A DNA stretch of 63,000 nucleotides, filler included, from Reclinomonas americana ATCC 50394 (taxonomy: Eukaryota): the NCBI GenBank assembly GCA_048213135.1. It is 15 parts of 15 records of this genome, joined end to end, with 100 filler letters (N's around TTAATTAATTAA, not from the genome) between each part and the next. Parts side by side here need not be neighbours in the genome. Positions count along the whole stretch, not along the records: positions 17,231 to 26,987 come from AFZH01017707.1; positions 27,088 to 29,923 come from AFZH01017708.1; positions 30,024 to 34,430 come from AFZH01017709.1; positions 34,531 to 36,477 come from AFZH01017710.1; positions 36,578 to 40,057 come from AFZH01017711.1; 10 more parts are not named here. One strand, given 5' to 3'. The position numbers and the translations under genes are program-made. Each line of letters begins with the position of its first letter. Positions within the stretch are counted from its first letter, which is position 1. A model generated the notes under the pieces. That model was not told the origin of the DNA. It made no database searches and saw nothing but the letters and a program-made list of their open reading frames with translations. Positions 26,597 to 38,411 of the stretch are shown here, piece after piece.

Positions 26597-26603
26597 TCTC
26601 TTC

Positions 26604-26890
26604 TCAGCGAGTCTCAAATCCACTTATGTGGAGAGTCCGTTGCGCGCTCAGGCGTGCGTGATGATGTGAGATGAAAGTGCCTTTAGTCGATCGGAATGGG
26701 ATGGTCGATTCTTGCACGCTCGTGGCGTTGTCGTTCTGAGCACGGCGGTCGGTGGATAGCACGCAATACGTGCTTCTCTTGACGTCGATCGCTTCGCGTT
26801 GATTGCGATCTTCGTCAAGTAAAGCTGAAAGTGCCTTCCGTCGGTCGGCTGGACGGTCAATCTGCGTTTTTAGCCAATCGGTGAGACCGC
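26604..26890 (-). CDS. Probable 3' end of an unknown gene cut off by the gap
   Basis: Open frame LTDWLKTQIDRPADRRKALSALLDED... ending in TGA at 26604, 7 nt before the DDX52 ATG. Confidence 0.3.
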
Positions 26891-27124
26891 GCTTCGTCTC
26901 TCTATCGCGTTCTCTCTCTTGCTCTCTGTCTCTGCCACTCTCTGCTCGCTGCACACTGTCACACACACACACAACGCGCATCTTGTCNNNNNNNNNNNNN
27001 NNNNNNNNNNNNNNNNNNNNNNNNNNNNNNNTTAATTAATTAANNNNNNNNNNNNNNNNNNNNNNNNNNNNNNNNNNNNNNNNNNNNGCCAGCCGCTCAC
27101 CCGAGCCGCCTGTGCCGCGCTCCA

Positions 27125-29923
27125 ATGGCACAGCTGTTGCGTACCTCTCGTCACTTTCAATATTCTCATTCTGTTATCTCACGTGAAAAATCATCTCGTG
27201 TGCAGGGATCACCGCCGCGTGCCATCTCCATGTTGCGCAGCTTGCGTGACTCGGTGCGTTCGTGGAAGCAGGACGAACTGGGCATTGCTCCGACGCGAGC
27301 GAGCCACGCTCGGTCACGCTCGCCTTCCCCCGACTTTGATCGCAGCGGCGGCAGCGGCCTCATCTCCTCTGGTGCCGCCAACGGACACGCCAGAAAAGGA
27401 AATGTGCGAATCGATGGCTCTGCACGTCATAGTGAGATGGTCGACCCTTACCGCATGATCCAGCAGCGTGTGCGTGGCGAGGGCCGCGATCGTGATCGCT
27501 GGGAGGATGCCAACACGCGCTCGGCGCTGACGGCACTGGCGGCGAATTCGTCGGCCGACATGGCGTTTGCGCTCGAGGAACCGCTGAGCCCGTACGGTCG
27601 CAAGGACGCCGAGGTGTATCAGCCACACGACAAGTTTGCCGACATGCCCGAAGGTTTTTTTGCATGTATTTAAGTGTCTTTTGTTTTTTCTTGGCGAAGC
27701 TCACCCCTCCCCCCTCCCTCTTCGCAGCGTCTCCGTTTGACGCCGAGTTGCGGCAGCGTGAATTGGAGATTGAGCACCTGCGCAGCACGATCCGGGCCTC
27801 GTCGGGCAGCTCGACGCCGCGCTCTCGGACGCCGACGGCCGATCTTTTGCGCGACGATGCCGGCAGTGGCGGATTTGTCGGAGCCAGCGCCGCGGCGCCT
27901 GCTCGTGCTACAGCCGGCGGAGAGCGACCGAATGAGACCCTGGCGAGCTTCATGCAGTCACGCTCTACGCAAGGCGGACCTCAACAGCAGCAGCAGCCAC
28001 CGCCGCAGTCGGTGCACTTTGACTCGAGACCGCAGTCGAACCTCTTTGGTGGTCCGGCCGAGTTTGGTGGCAGCGCACGGCCGCAGTCAGCCATGTACGC
28101 CGACCAGGCATATCAGCCACAGCCGCTCAGCCAGCATTTCGACGGCAGCGGCTACCCGCAGCACGCGGACTCACGGCCTCCGTCGACCATGTATCCAGAG
28201 CCGAGTGCGCACGGTGGATCACGGCCACAGACGGCCATGTATGCGGACCCTGCGCACCAGCCGCAGCCCATGAGCCAGCACTATGGTAGCAACGGATACC
28301 AGCAGCCGCAGCCAGAGTCGCGACCGCCGTCGGCGATGCACTTTGGACAGCCACAGTCTGGCCAGTATGGTGGTCCTGCCGACCAGTCCCGTCCGCCGTC
28401 GGGCATGTACGGTGAACCGCAGTATCAACCGCAACAGCAGCCACCGCAACAGCCTCAGCAGCCGCCACAGCAGCCGCCGCAATCGATGCGATTTGGCCAA
28501 GCGCCGCATGATGCACAGTACCCACCGCTGGCTGCTCAGCCACCCTCCCAGCAGCAGGCGCCACAGGCGCTTCCGTCTGGTTACCGCTTGCCGCCTGGCG
28601 ACATGGGTGGACAGGCCGCCGATGAGCACTCGCACCACAGCCACCCGAGCCAGCGTGCTGGTGCGTTCCAGCCCGTTGCACCTCAGCCGGACCACCCGGC
28701 GTACCCGGGACAGCAGCCGGCGCCTGCCACGATGCCGCCGACGGCCGTGCCCTACGATCCAAGAGTGCACGAGGCGCTGTTTGGTGGCCCGAGCTCGCAG
28801 CCACCGATGTTGGCACCGGAGGAGCATCACGACGCGGACGACACATCGAATGACATTGCGGGCGCCCCCGACCGATCACACGCCTCGGCGCTCCACTCGC
28901 AGGCGGAGGAGACGAATAATGCATTCGAGGTGCACTCCTTGAAGGCGCTGTACGCTGGCGACTGGCTGTGGAAGCACCAGTTCAACAAGAAGGTGTCGCG
29001 TGCCAAGCGCTGGGTGCAGCTCTCACCCGACGGCAGCGTGTTCTCCTGGGGTTCCTCCAAGGGCTCCAAGTCCTCAACTTGTTGCGTTGCGCTCCCCGCT
29101 TCGTACTTGCTTTGTTCCACTTCCACTCATTCTTTTTTTGCATTATACGCACAGTGCCGGTGAACCAAATTCAGCAGCTGCATTTTGGTGCACAAACGGC
29201 CGTGTTGCAAGCGTGGTTCGCCGACAAGCGTCGTGAGGGCAAGCCGTATCACGCCTTTTCTGTGCAAACCGAGAAGCGCACGTTCGACTTTGTGGCCATG
29301 AACGATGTGCAGGCGACGACCTGGTTTATCGGTCTGCAAGCCATTGTGGTGCCCGACAAGCGACTGGTATGTGCATTCTGGCGACAATCCATTCGTGTGT
29401 TTCCCAGCCGTCTCATCGACGCGATTCCCCTTTTTTTCTTCTTTTGTAGCGCTACACCCGAGCTGCCGTATTGTGGCAGCGTGCACGCATGAAGCTGGAG
29501 GAGCGAGCCGAGCAAGTGGGCGAAACCAAGTTGATTGTGCTCATGCGCGAGATCGTGGCTGCTGGCGAGGCCGAGCGTGCCAACCGTGGACAACCGTGGC
29601 AGTTTATGATGCCGGATGGCGGTGGCTGGTCGCAGCCTGTGCCGCAGGCCGTGGCTGCTGATATCGGCATGCAGCCGGCGGTTTCGCTGCCGTCGGCATC
29701 GATGGGTGGTGGCCCTGCGTATTCACCTGCACCGCTCAGCGCTGGCAATGTCGGCGCCTACAGCGGCTACGGAGCGTACGGCGCAGGTGGCAGCGGCCCC
29801 ATGATTTCCGACGTGCCCCCAGCGCCCGCGTCGCAGTTTGGCTCGTCGCAGCCGGCGGCGCCCGCACAGGGTCCCTCGACGTGGGGTGGCAGTGCCCAGC
29901 AGCAGCAGCAGCCACAGCAGCAG
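27125..29923 (+). CDS. P/Q-rich repeat protein with a PLC-delta/Mcp5-type PH domain (3' incomplete)
   Basis: AGDWLWKHQFNKKVSRAKRWVQLSPDGSVFSW...VPVNQIQQLHFGAQT...AFSVQTEKRTFDFVAMNDVQATTWFIGL. Confidence 0.7.
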
Positions 29924-30128
29924 NNNNNNNNNNNNNNNNNNNNNNNNNNNNNNNNNNNNNNNNNNNNTTAATTAATTAANNNNNNNNNNNNNNNNNNNNN
30001 NNNNNNNNNNNNNNNNNNNNNNNATAGTTAGCTAAGCAGTCTGGAGACTGTATACAATGTCGTCGATGCGTGGCGGGAGAGATTCATTGTGTGGTTGACG
30101 CGCCAACGAGGCGGGGAGAAGCTGGCGA

Positions 30129-31488
30129 TCAAAATTCGTTGTACTTTTGGCGTCGGCTCCTGGCGCGCTCCGCCGGGTACTTGACGGCATTCTGCAACGG
30201 CACAGTGTGTGCAGAGGACAAGACGCAAAGCTCACTAACTACCGATGCACGCAACGGCAGCGACTTTCTTGGGGATTGCTGTCGACAAGTCGATTCTGCA
30301 AGCATGGCATGCACAGTGAGCGGCGGCAACAACACAAACACAGCGTGCAACTACGCAACCCCGCCACATCCGCCATGCGCACGAGCAGCACCATCACATC
30401 GCTCATCTCCTCCGCCACGCGTTCCTTTTCCGCTGCACCACCAAGCCATGAACAGTCAAGAGGGAAAACGAGAGATGAGTGAGTGCCATCATGCATACCG
30501 ACAGAGAAGCCAGGCAGCCCCGGTGCAGCCTCTTGATCCGTGCGCCACTGAAACAGCTGCGCAAGCAGTCAGTCTGATGACCAGGTGGACAGACGATCTC
30601 GTTCCACAAGCAGCACCTCGGCCAGTTCACCCATTTCTCCGACCGCCGCCAGCAGCAGGTTGCGCGGATTGTGATATTGGTGCCAGTCGCGCTCGTCCGC
30701 AAATCGAAACTGCGCCGCTCGGATCTACCATCCCACACGAGTGAGAAACGCACGCGCAGAAGACACAAAAGGCAGTCATCGATGCCGCAACATCTTCCAG
30801 ACTCAAGTTGGTGGAAAACGCTCGTCCACCTCCACTCCCACTCGACGACGACGACGAAGCCGACGACGCAGCTGGTGGTGCAGGTGGTGGTTCGCTCACT
30901 GCGGCAGCAGCAGCAGTCGGCCTGGTCGCTGCTTGTCTGTGCTGCTGCTGCTGCTGTTGGTGTTGGTGTTGCTGAGGAGGAGCAGGCGCACTGTGACAGG
31001 CGCATAGTGAGTCGCACAGAGAGACACTGACTGCAAGAGCGCATCTCACCGCATTGCTGTTGCTGTCGCTGCTGTTGCTGCTGGTTTCCTCTCTTCTGTC
31101 TTGGCTGGTGAGCGCTCTCGCTTGCCACTTCCGCCACCTTTGCGTGTGCATGCATGTAAGAGTAAAGAGAGAGAGAGACACACACACAAAGAGAGAAGAG
31201 CGCAACGTCGTCTGCTCGAGCCCTCATCTCCACCTCCGCCCCACAGAGCAGCGGCAGTTGATTGTGTCACAGTGAGGTGACCAGAGACAGGCGAGGTGCC
31301 TGCACGCACGTGTAAGTGTGTGTGTGAGTGTGGGAGAGAGAGAGAGAGTGCGTGTCACCTGTGAGTGGTGTTGTCGCGGTTGCAGCTGGTTTGTTGACTG
31401 CAATGGGCGCGGAGGAAGGTGGCGTGCTGCCAGGCACCGCAGGCAGCTCGTCTTCTGTCTCGTCGGCCCACTTGTGTGCTCCGCTCAT
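30129..31488 (-). CDS. DCTPP1: dCTP pyrophosphatase 1 (MazG-like) with a low-complexity N-terminal extension
   Basis: SLED|IRAAQFRFADERDWHQYHNPRNLLLAAVGEMGELAE...EEMSDVMVLLVRMADVAG..IDL..NAVKYPAE. Confidence 0.88.
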
Positions 31489-31809
31489 TGCAAATTTCTG
31501 TCAGATATCACAAAGCAGGACACAACTCACTGTCGTTTTCTGCTCAAGCAGCTACTGGCGTGGGAGGAGAGACGCACAAAGATTGGTGTTCTTCTGATCC
31601 GCAGTTGTCTGCATACGCGGACTTCCAGCATGCGCAGCAGCAGAAGAGGCAAGTCGTGGAAGTCAACTTCGCGGTTTCCGCACTTCAACGCGCTCGTTTC
31701 TTACACTTTTCTCTCTCTCTCTGTCCCTCTGTGTTACGAGTGGCGCTTACATGCTGCAGTGGGCTGTGGTTGAGCTGTCTTCCATCCATGTCCTGCAGCG
31801 ACGTTTGCC

Positions 31810-32489
31810 ATGGATCGCGCCTTGCACGCAGAGATCGCGCGCATTTGCGATGAAGAAGGTCTCACAGGCAGACAGACACACCCTCACAAAGTCACTGTGT
31901 TGCTGACTCGTTTTCTCATCTCTCTTAGCCTCCACGCGCGGAGGATTCTCGTTTGACAAGAAAGCAGTGTCGGCGATCACTGAGCTGCTGGGTGGCATCA
32001 TTGGTGCGTCGCAGACACACACACACACTCTGACAGTCACACACAGTGACTCACACATTGCGTATGCTGCAGACGTGCTGGCCAGTGACCTGGACGGTGA
32101 GCGATCAAATTGTCGAAGACAAATCGATGTCGACTCACTGTTTTGTTTCGTCTCCGCCGTTGTGCAGCCTTTGCGCAGCACGCTGGACGCAAGACGGTGA
32201 CACCCGACGATGTGCGTCTGTTCTGTCGTCGCAACTCGGCCTTGTCGGAGTTCGTCAGTGGCATGATTGAGGAGAGGAAGGCGGCGGCCACGGAGAAACC
32301 AAAGCGCAAGCCGGCGGCCAACAAGAGACCAGCCACTGCGGCTGCCTCGGTGGGCTTTGTGTGGAGCCCAACTCCCTCTCTGTGTGTTTCTTTCCCGATG
32401 TACTGATTCCTCAGTGGCAGGGTGGACCGTCGGAGAAGCGTGGGAAAAAGGCCGCACGACAGCAGGCAGAGGTTGTGGACGATGACTGA
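31810..32489 (+). CDS. CENPS: Histone-fold protein CENP-S/MHF1 (start uncertain)
   Basis: Spliced LHAEIARICDEE...FDKKAVSAITEL...VLASDLDAFAQHAGRKTVTPDDVRLFCRRNSAL; TGA at 32487-32489. Confidence 0.88.
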
Positions 32490-32730
32490 GTGAGTGGGGG
32501 TGCCAGCAACCACTTGCCTGCTGCGTCGGCGACTGATGCAGTCGCGCTCACGCGAAGAGACGCAGAGGGACAAAGAGACGTCACAAAATGGGAACATGAA
32601 CAAAACCCACCACGTTGTCTGTGTTGTGTGCGATTGATTCACTCGCCAAGCCCCACCATGCTGGAAATGTTGTTGTTGTTGTTGTTGTTGTTTCGTCTCC
32701 TATCCCATCTCTCCCCCAACTCTCACAAAG

Positions 32731-33064
32731 GTACGACGAGCGAGTGCCGCGCTCACATGCCCTGGCACACGCGAGTTGCGCGCGTGGAGATTTGCTCCAC
32801 CCCCCGATTCGTACCAAGCCGCGGTTGCCGGTCACTCTCCCCTCGCTCGTCCCCCACCCTCCGACACCAAGATGGTGGAACCTGTGCATGCAGTGAAACC
32901 GAGACACGGTGCGCCAACGTAACTTTTTGAGCAAAACAGGGGGGGCGAGGGGGAGAGCGACCGTGCAACCTGCGACTTGCCGCACGCTGCAGTAATCGGG
33001 GAGGGCTCTCCACAGCGCGCGGTTAGCGGTGCAGGGCACGGCAGGCAAGCTCGCGTCGTCGTAC
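32731..33064. ncRNA. 334-nt rod-like imperfect fold-back (candidate structured ncRNA or non-autonomous fold-back element)
   Basis: Colinear helices: 32731-39/33056-64, 32740-44/33050-54, 32758-64/33032-38, 32778-83/33015-20, 32784-90/33007-13, 32802-09/32994-33001, 32815-22/32972-79, 32823-28/32965-70, 32829-42/32950-63. Confidence 0.6.
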
Positions 33065-33184
33065 AAAGAGAGAAAGAAGAAGATAATAGAGGAATACAAG
33101 AAAGGTCAAGAGAGGAGAAGGAACAAGCGGAAACTTGGTGTTGGTGGTGCTGGTGACGGTGGTGATGGTAGTGGTGGTGCGGAA

Positions 33185-34353
33185 TCACTCTTCCGGTAAT
33201 CTGTTGACGTACTCGGCGAGTTTGACGCAGTCGAATCGTGGTGTGTTGCGAGGTGGTAGGGGGACGCCGAGCTCCAACAGCCAGTCGCACAACAGCGCAT
33301 CAGTGTCGAAGGCCAGCTCTTGTTGCAGGAACGACAGGTCGAGCGTCGGGCGGTAACTGTGTGCGTCAGTATGAGGAAAGTGTGTTGGCGTGGCTGCAAT
33401 CAAGGCAACGCGCGCGCGCACACGCACACACACCATCGTGACATCATCTTCAGTGCGCGCACTCGTACTCTGGAAATAAACACGTCAATCAGATAGCCTC
33501 CCATGTTAGGCGCTGTGCGATACAGTCGGAAGAATCTGCGATTTTCCAGCATTGTGAGTGTCTGTTGACTCGTCTATCACTCATTCTCTTGGCACACAAC
33601 TTTTGATAGTCCAGGATGCCGGGGAACTTCATGTCTGCGGGGCCGAGGGCGGCGCGCACCTCCAGAGCGTGCTTGATGGCTTCCTGTTTCTTGTCTTCGG
33701 CCGACAAGGATGCAAGCAAGAGAGTGGCCTCTGCGCCCAATTTTGAGCAAGGCGACTGATGATTCAACGTGGTGCATGCAACATACCTCGTGCCGATTTG
33801 GAATACAGCGAGTGCAGAATGCGATACGCCGTAAACTCCACCACGTGCCCGTCGAGGCCACTGCTGTACAGAGAGAGCAGCTGGCCCAGGCACTGTGTGT
33901 ACTGGCCAACGTCGCCCTGCAGTGCGGCATGAGCACCGAAACACAGAGGGGGAGAACGCATCGGCGACACACACCTGCTCCAAGGCGATGCGTGCGTGCG
34001 TTTCGTAAACTTCCACTGTGAACTCATTGCGAATGCGTTGTACCTGAGCAGCGGAGTACACAATGAGCACGAGAAAGTGCATCCAACCGACACAAAAAGC
34101 ACGCAACGGTGAGATCCTGTCGAATGCTCTTCAGCTGGTGCCACGCGTACTTGTAGTTGTGATCCTCTCGCCACTTGCGCTTGACCAGGCGGAGACTTTG
34201 CACGAGGATGCGTTCGGGGCGCACCTTGGTCGGGTCCGGCACATCTGTGAGGCGCAAGTATTCCTTTTCGAGATCAGTCGAGGTGCCGACAATCACCGAG
34301 TCCATCATCAGTCCGTCGTCGTCGCCACCGGCGCTCACGTCGGACGATGACAT
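33185..34353 (-). CDS. LENG8: SAC3/GANP-domain protein LENG8/THP3 (5' incomplete)
   Basis: IVGTSTDLEKEYLRLT.VPDPTKVRPERIL...[47 protein letters not shown]..LY...EFTAYRIL. Confidence 0.9.
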
Positions 34354-34530
34354 GGGCTGCACAAACAAACAAACACGCACAGGCGATGTCATTTCACACA
34401 TTCCGCACACACACATATCCCGTGCACACGNNNNNNNNNNNNNNNNNNNNNNNNNNNNNNNNNNNNNNNNNNNNTTAATTAATTAANNNNNNNNNNNNNN
34501 NNNNNNNNNNNNNNNNNNNNNNNNNNNNNN

Positions 34531-34563
<33 letters not shown>

Positions 34564-34692
34564 GAGAATGAGTTGTCTCTGCGCGTTCTCACCTCATTCA
34601 ATCGTCACCGATCAACGGAAATGGATCGGTGCTCTTTACTTTAACTTTACTTATCTTTACTTATCTACTCAACTTCAACTCGGCCTGCGACG

Positions 34693-36267
34693 ATGTCTGG
34701 CGGCATGGAACGCGTGATCACAATGCGCGAGAACCTTCTGTTTCGTTCCCCGCTTCCTTTTTGGTCGCCTTTTTGTGTGTGTGTGTGTTTCATTGCTGAT
34801 TTGTTGGTTTTTTAGCTCGCCTGACACGTGCGACAAGCTGGCACTGTTGGAGAAGCAAGGCATTCGCGAGTTGTTGCGTCTGCGCCCATTGTTTTCTCGA
34901 AAAATGTGAAGAAAAAACGCGCTTACATGCTGACACACAGTGAATCCAAGGGTCCTCCTCTCTTACGCATACACTCTCTGTGTGTCTGTGTATGTTGCTC
35001 ACACTCGCGCGCACAGTCATTGTTCTGGGGGACTCGGAAGTCGGTAAAACCTCGCTGCTCAGATGGTCTGTGTTTTTTTGCTGTCATTTTTACATCAATG
35101 AGAGAGAGAGCTCATGAGAGAAAACAAGGTTCATGCAACGCAAGTTTGAGCAGCATTACAAGAACACCATTGGGGTCAGTTGCCTCTCACAGTCCCTCAC
35201 ACAATCTCTGACGTTTTCTCACTCGTTGATGCGTCTGTTGTTAGGCCGAGTTCTCGATCGCCAAGGTCCTTTCAGCATCATGTCCGCCTCCTCTGTTGGT
35301 CTCTTCGCCCACTGTTTCTCTCTCTCTTGTGCAGTTCTTCTTCATGGGCAAGCTGCTCAAGCTGTCATTGTTGCGTCTGTGCGATAGTGTGTGTGCCTGT
35401 TGTTGATCACCGACTGACACTGTGGCGGACACAGAGTGGACACTGGTTGGTCACGCTCTCTCTCCCAGCCATCGCTTGATCGCTTGGCTGTTTAACTCTC
35501 TCTCTCTCTCCCTCTGCCTCTGTTCCTCTTGGCACAGCTGGACAGGAGCGGTTCCAGTCCATCTCGCAAGTGTACTATCGTGGAGCTCGTGCTGTGCTGC
35601 TGTGCTACGATGTGACGAATCCGACGACGATTGGTGGCATTGATCGGTGGCTGGAGCAGGTGGAGAAGTATCGTGATCGGGAACGTGATAACATCCTTAC
35701 GCCAGTGGTCGGGTGCAAGGAGGATGCTGTTGCGTGGGGGAGTGCCCGCTGGCCTTTGCCGGTGTGAGGTCTGAGGTTTTTGTGTGTGTTGCTGTGGCAG
35801 TTGGAGGATCCGGCGGAGCTGCAGGTGGCCACGGAGCGTGGATTGCGCAAGGCCAAGGAGCTGCACGCGTCGTTTTACACGACCAGTGCCAAGACGGGAG
35901 ACGGTTGCGTGCATTCCTCTCGTGCACTAGGACCAGGTGGAAGGGGTGGCTCACGCGTGCCGTGAACTGCGGGCAGGTATCGATCGATTGTTTTCCGATT
36001 TGGCTGTGCACTTGCTGGAGCTGGAGGTAGAGGAGCGATTCCGACCGCAAGCCGCGGCCGAGCGAGGAGGAGGCAGTGCGTCCGACTCTACACGGATTGC
36101 TGGTTTCGTTGTGATCCCATCTTGCCCTCTTCGCCCACTGTTCTGTCATCCATCGCCGTTCCACAGTGAATTTGATGCCGACGGATGCCGATGTTCTGGA
36201 AGGTCGTGGCGGTCGCGACGCCGATGGCGACAGATCGCGACCGGTGAAGAAGAAAGGCTGCTGTTGA
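34693..36267 (+). CDS. Divergent Rab GTPase (Rab34/Rab24-like features)
   Basis: SKVIVLGDSEVGKTSLL, YKNTIGAEF, VDTAGQERF, YYRGA, VGCKED, TSAKTG; ends KKKGCC-TGA. Confidence 0.88.
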
Positions 36268-36381
36268 CAGGGCCTGCGCCAGCCTCGAATCTCTCTGTTT
36301 TCCGCACACCACGAAACAAAATGTATTCTCGCTCGTCTCTGGTGCCGAATAACAACAACATTCATCTATGGCTGCCCAACC

Positions 36382-38265
36382 TCACTGCGCACTCTTCAGC
36401 AAATTGCGCAGCACAAAGTGCAGGATGCCGCCGTGCGCGTAGTACTCCAGTTCTACTGGCGTGTCGAACCGGCAAACNNNNNNNNNNNNNNNNNNNNNNN
36501 NNNNNNNNNNNNNNNNNNNNNTTAATTAATTAANNNNNNNNNNNNNNNNNNNNNNNNNNNNNNNNNNNNNNNNNNNNTTTGCCATCCTCCCAGGCAATGG
36601 TAGCACGCTTCTCCTGCTGATCAGGCGGCACCGCAAAGCCCTTGTGGCCGAGACGGTTGCTGAGGCACTGCAGGAAATCGGTCTTGACGTCGGTCAGTGG
36701 CACACGATCCTGCGGGCGCTTGGGTCCCGCCACACACGGCACGACGGTCGACAGGTCCAGCTCCAGCACCTCTGAGAAAGTCGGCTCGGGAGAGTCGTCC
36801 TCGCGGAACAGACCCTGCGCACGCAGGTAGCGGCCCACCATCGACACGGTCTCCTCCGAGCGGCCTGCCAACGCACCACAAAGCAAGTTTTGAGATGTTC
36901 TGCGTCGACACACTCTGCTCAACAATGATATACGCACCACTCTGGCGCAGGTAGCCCAGCGTCTGCTCATCCACCGGGAAGAAGCCGACAGTGGCACCGT
37001 ACTCGGGAGCCATGTTGGCCAAGGTCGCACGATCGGCAATGCTCAGCTGGTTGACACCGCTGCCAAAGAACTCCACAAACTTGCCGACAACTCCGTGCGC
37101 GCGCAGCGCCTGTGTAATGGTCAGCACCAGATCTGTGGAGGTGGCCTGCGGCGCCAGGTGGCCGACGAGACGGTAGCCGACCACTTTCGGCAGCACCATT
37201 GAAATCTGGTCAGGCCAGCACTGGATCAGTATGGGGGAAGAGAAAACGGCAGTGGGGAGGTGAGTGACTATTGTGCAGACGCACCGGCTGGCCCAGCATG
37301 CTGGCCTCGGCCTCGATGCCACCAACACCCCAACCCAGCACTCCGAGACCATTGATCATCGTGGTGTGCGAGTCGGTGCCGACCAGGCTGTCGGGATACA
37401 GCAGTCCGCCGCTCTTGAAGACGACGCGCGCCAAGTACTCGAGGTTGACTTGGTGCACAATGCCCGCACCGGGCGGCACAATCGTCAGCCCATCGAAAGC
37501 GTGCGCGCCCCACTTGAGGAAGCGGAAGCGCTCGACATTGCGCTCGAACTCACGCGCCTGATTGATCTCGACGGCGTCGGGAGTGCGCGCCGCATCCACT
37601 TGCACCGAGTGATCAATCACCAGATCGACGGGCACCAGCGGGTTGATGCGTCGCGGATCGCCACCCAGTCGCACCATGGCATCGCGCATGCCCGCCAAGT
37701 CCACGATTCCCGGAACACCGCTGCGCAAAAAGAAAAAAAGTTACTATCTTCTCTCACAATCGCGCACGAGGGAGATGGGAGAGAATGCACGTAAAGTCTT
37801 GCATGACAACTCGGGCGGGGCGGAACGGCACCTCAATGTCCTCATGCGACAGGCGCTCCCAGTCGAGAATGTTCTGCACGGCCGATTCATGCACCGTGAA
37901 ATTGTCGCAATTACGCACCGACGCCTCCAGCAACACACGGATCGAGTACGGCAATCGATCTGCACTTCCCAGGTGAGAGACGCGGACATGTTATTCACCA
38001 CCATGTCGAAACACTCGAGTCCTCACCAACACGAGAATCTTCGAGTGCGCGCAGACTGTAGAACTTGGCACCGCTCTCCGCGTCCTCCACCAGCACACGA
38101 TCAAACGGATTCGCTGGGGGGCACACACACAAGCACACGCGCGCAATGAGCAACACAGAAGCGCATGAAATGCACTTTTTTCCGCACGTGCACATATGTA
38201 CAATGCAGGCACGCCATACAACACACAAAGAGAGAAGACAAGAATTCGCGAATTCGCTTACCCAT
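36382..38265 (-). CDS. ACO1: Cytosolic aconitase / IRP1-type AcnA (middle hidden in the gap at 36478-36577)
   Basis: [77 protein letters not shown]-terminus [22 protein letters not shown] on the adjacent contig. Confidence 0.95.
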
Positions 38266-38411
38266 CACACACGCGTCGTCGTCGTCTAAGTGACTTCCAC
38301 CGCCCACCCCAATCGACGGACATTGGCTGCTGGACGTTTTCTTGTGCGGCGTGCCATCGCACTCGTCTCTCTCCTTCTCCTTTCTCTCCTTTCTCTCTTC
38401 TCCCAGCGAGA

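Noticed and set aside
32528..32565. Hammerhead ribozyme (CTGATG...GAA)
   Set aside because: Core reads CTGATGC...GAAG rather than CUGANGA...GAAA, and the CTGA is buried in a stem
34606..34631. 8-bp hairpin CACCGATC/GATCGGTG upstream of the Rab gene
   Set aside because: A single short stem is expected by chance in 63 kb; nothing else supports it
36382..38411. Iron-responsive element near the IRP1-type aconitase
   Set aside because: No CAGUGN-loop hairpin with a bulged C found in the flanks
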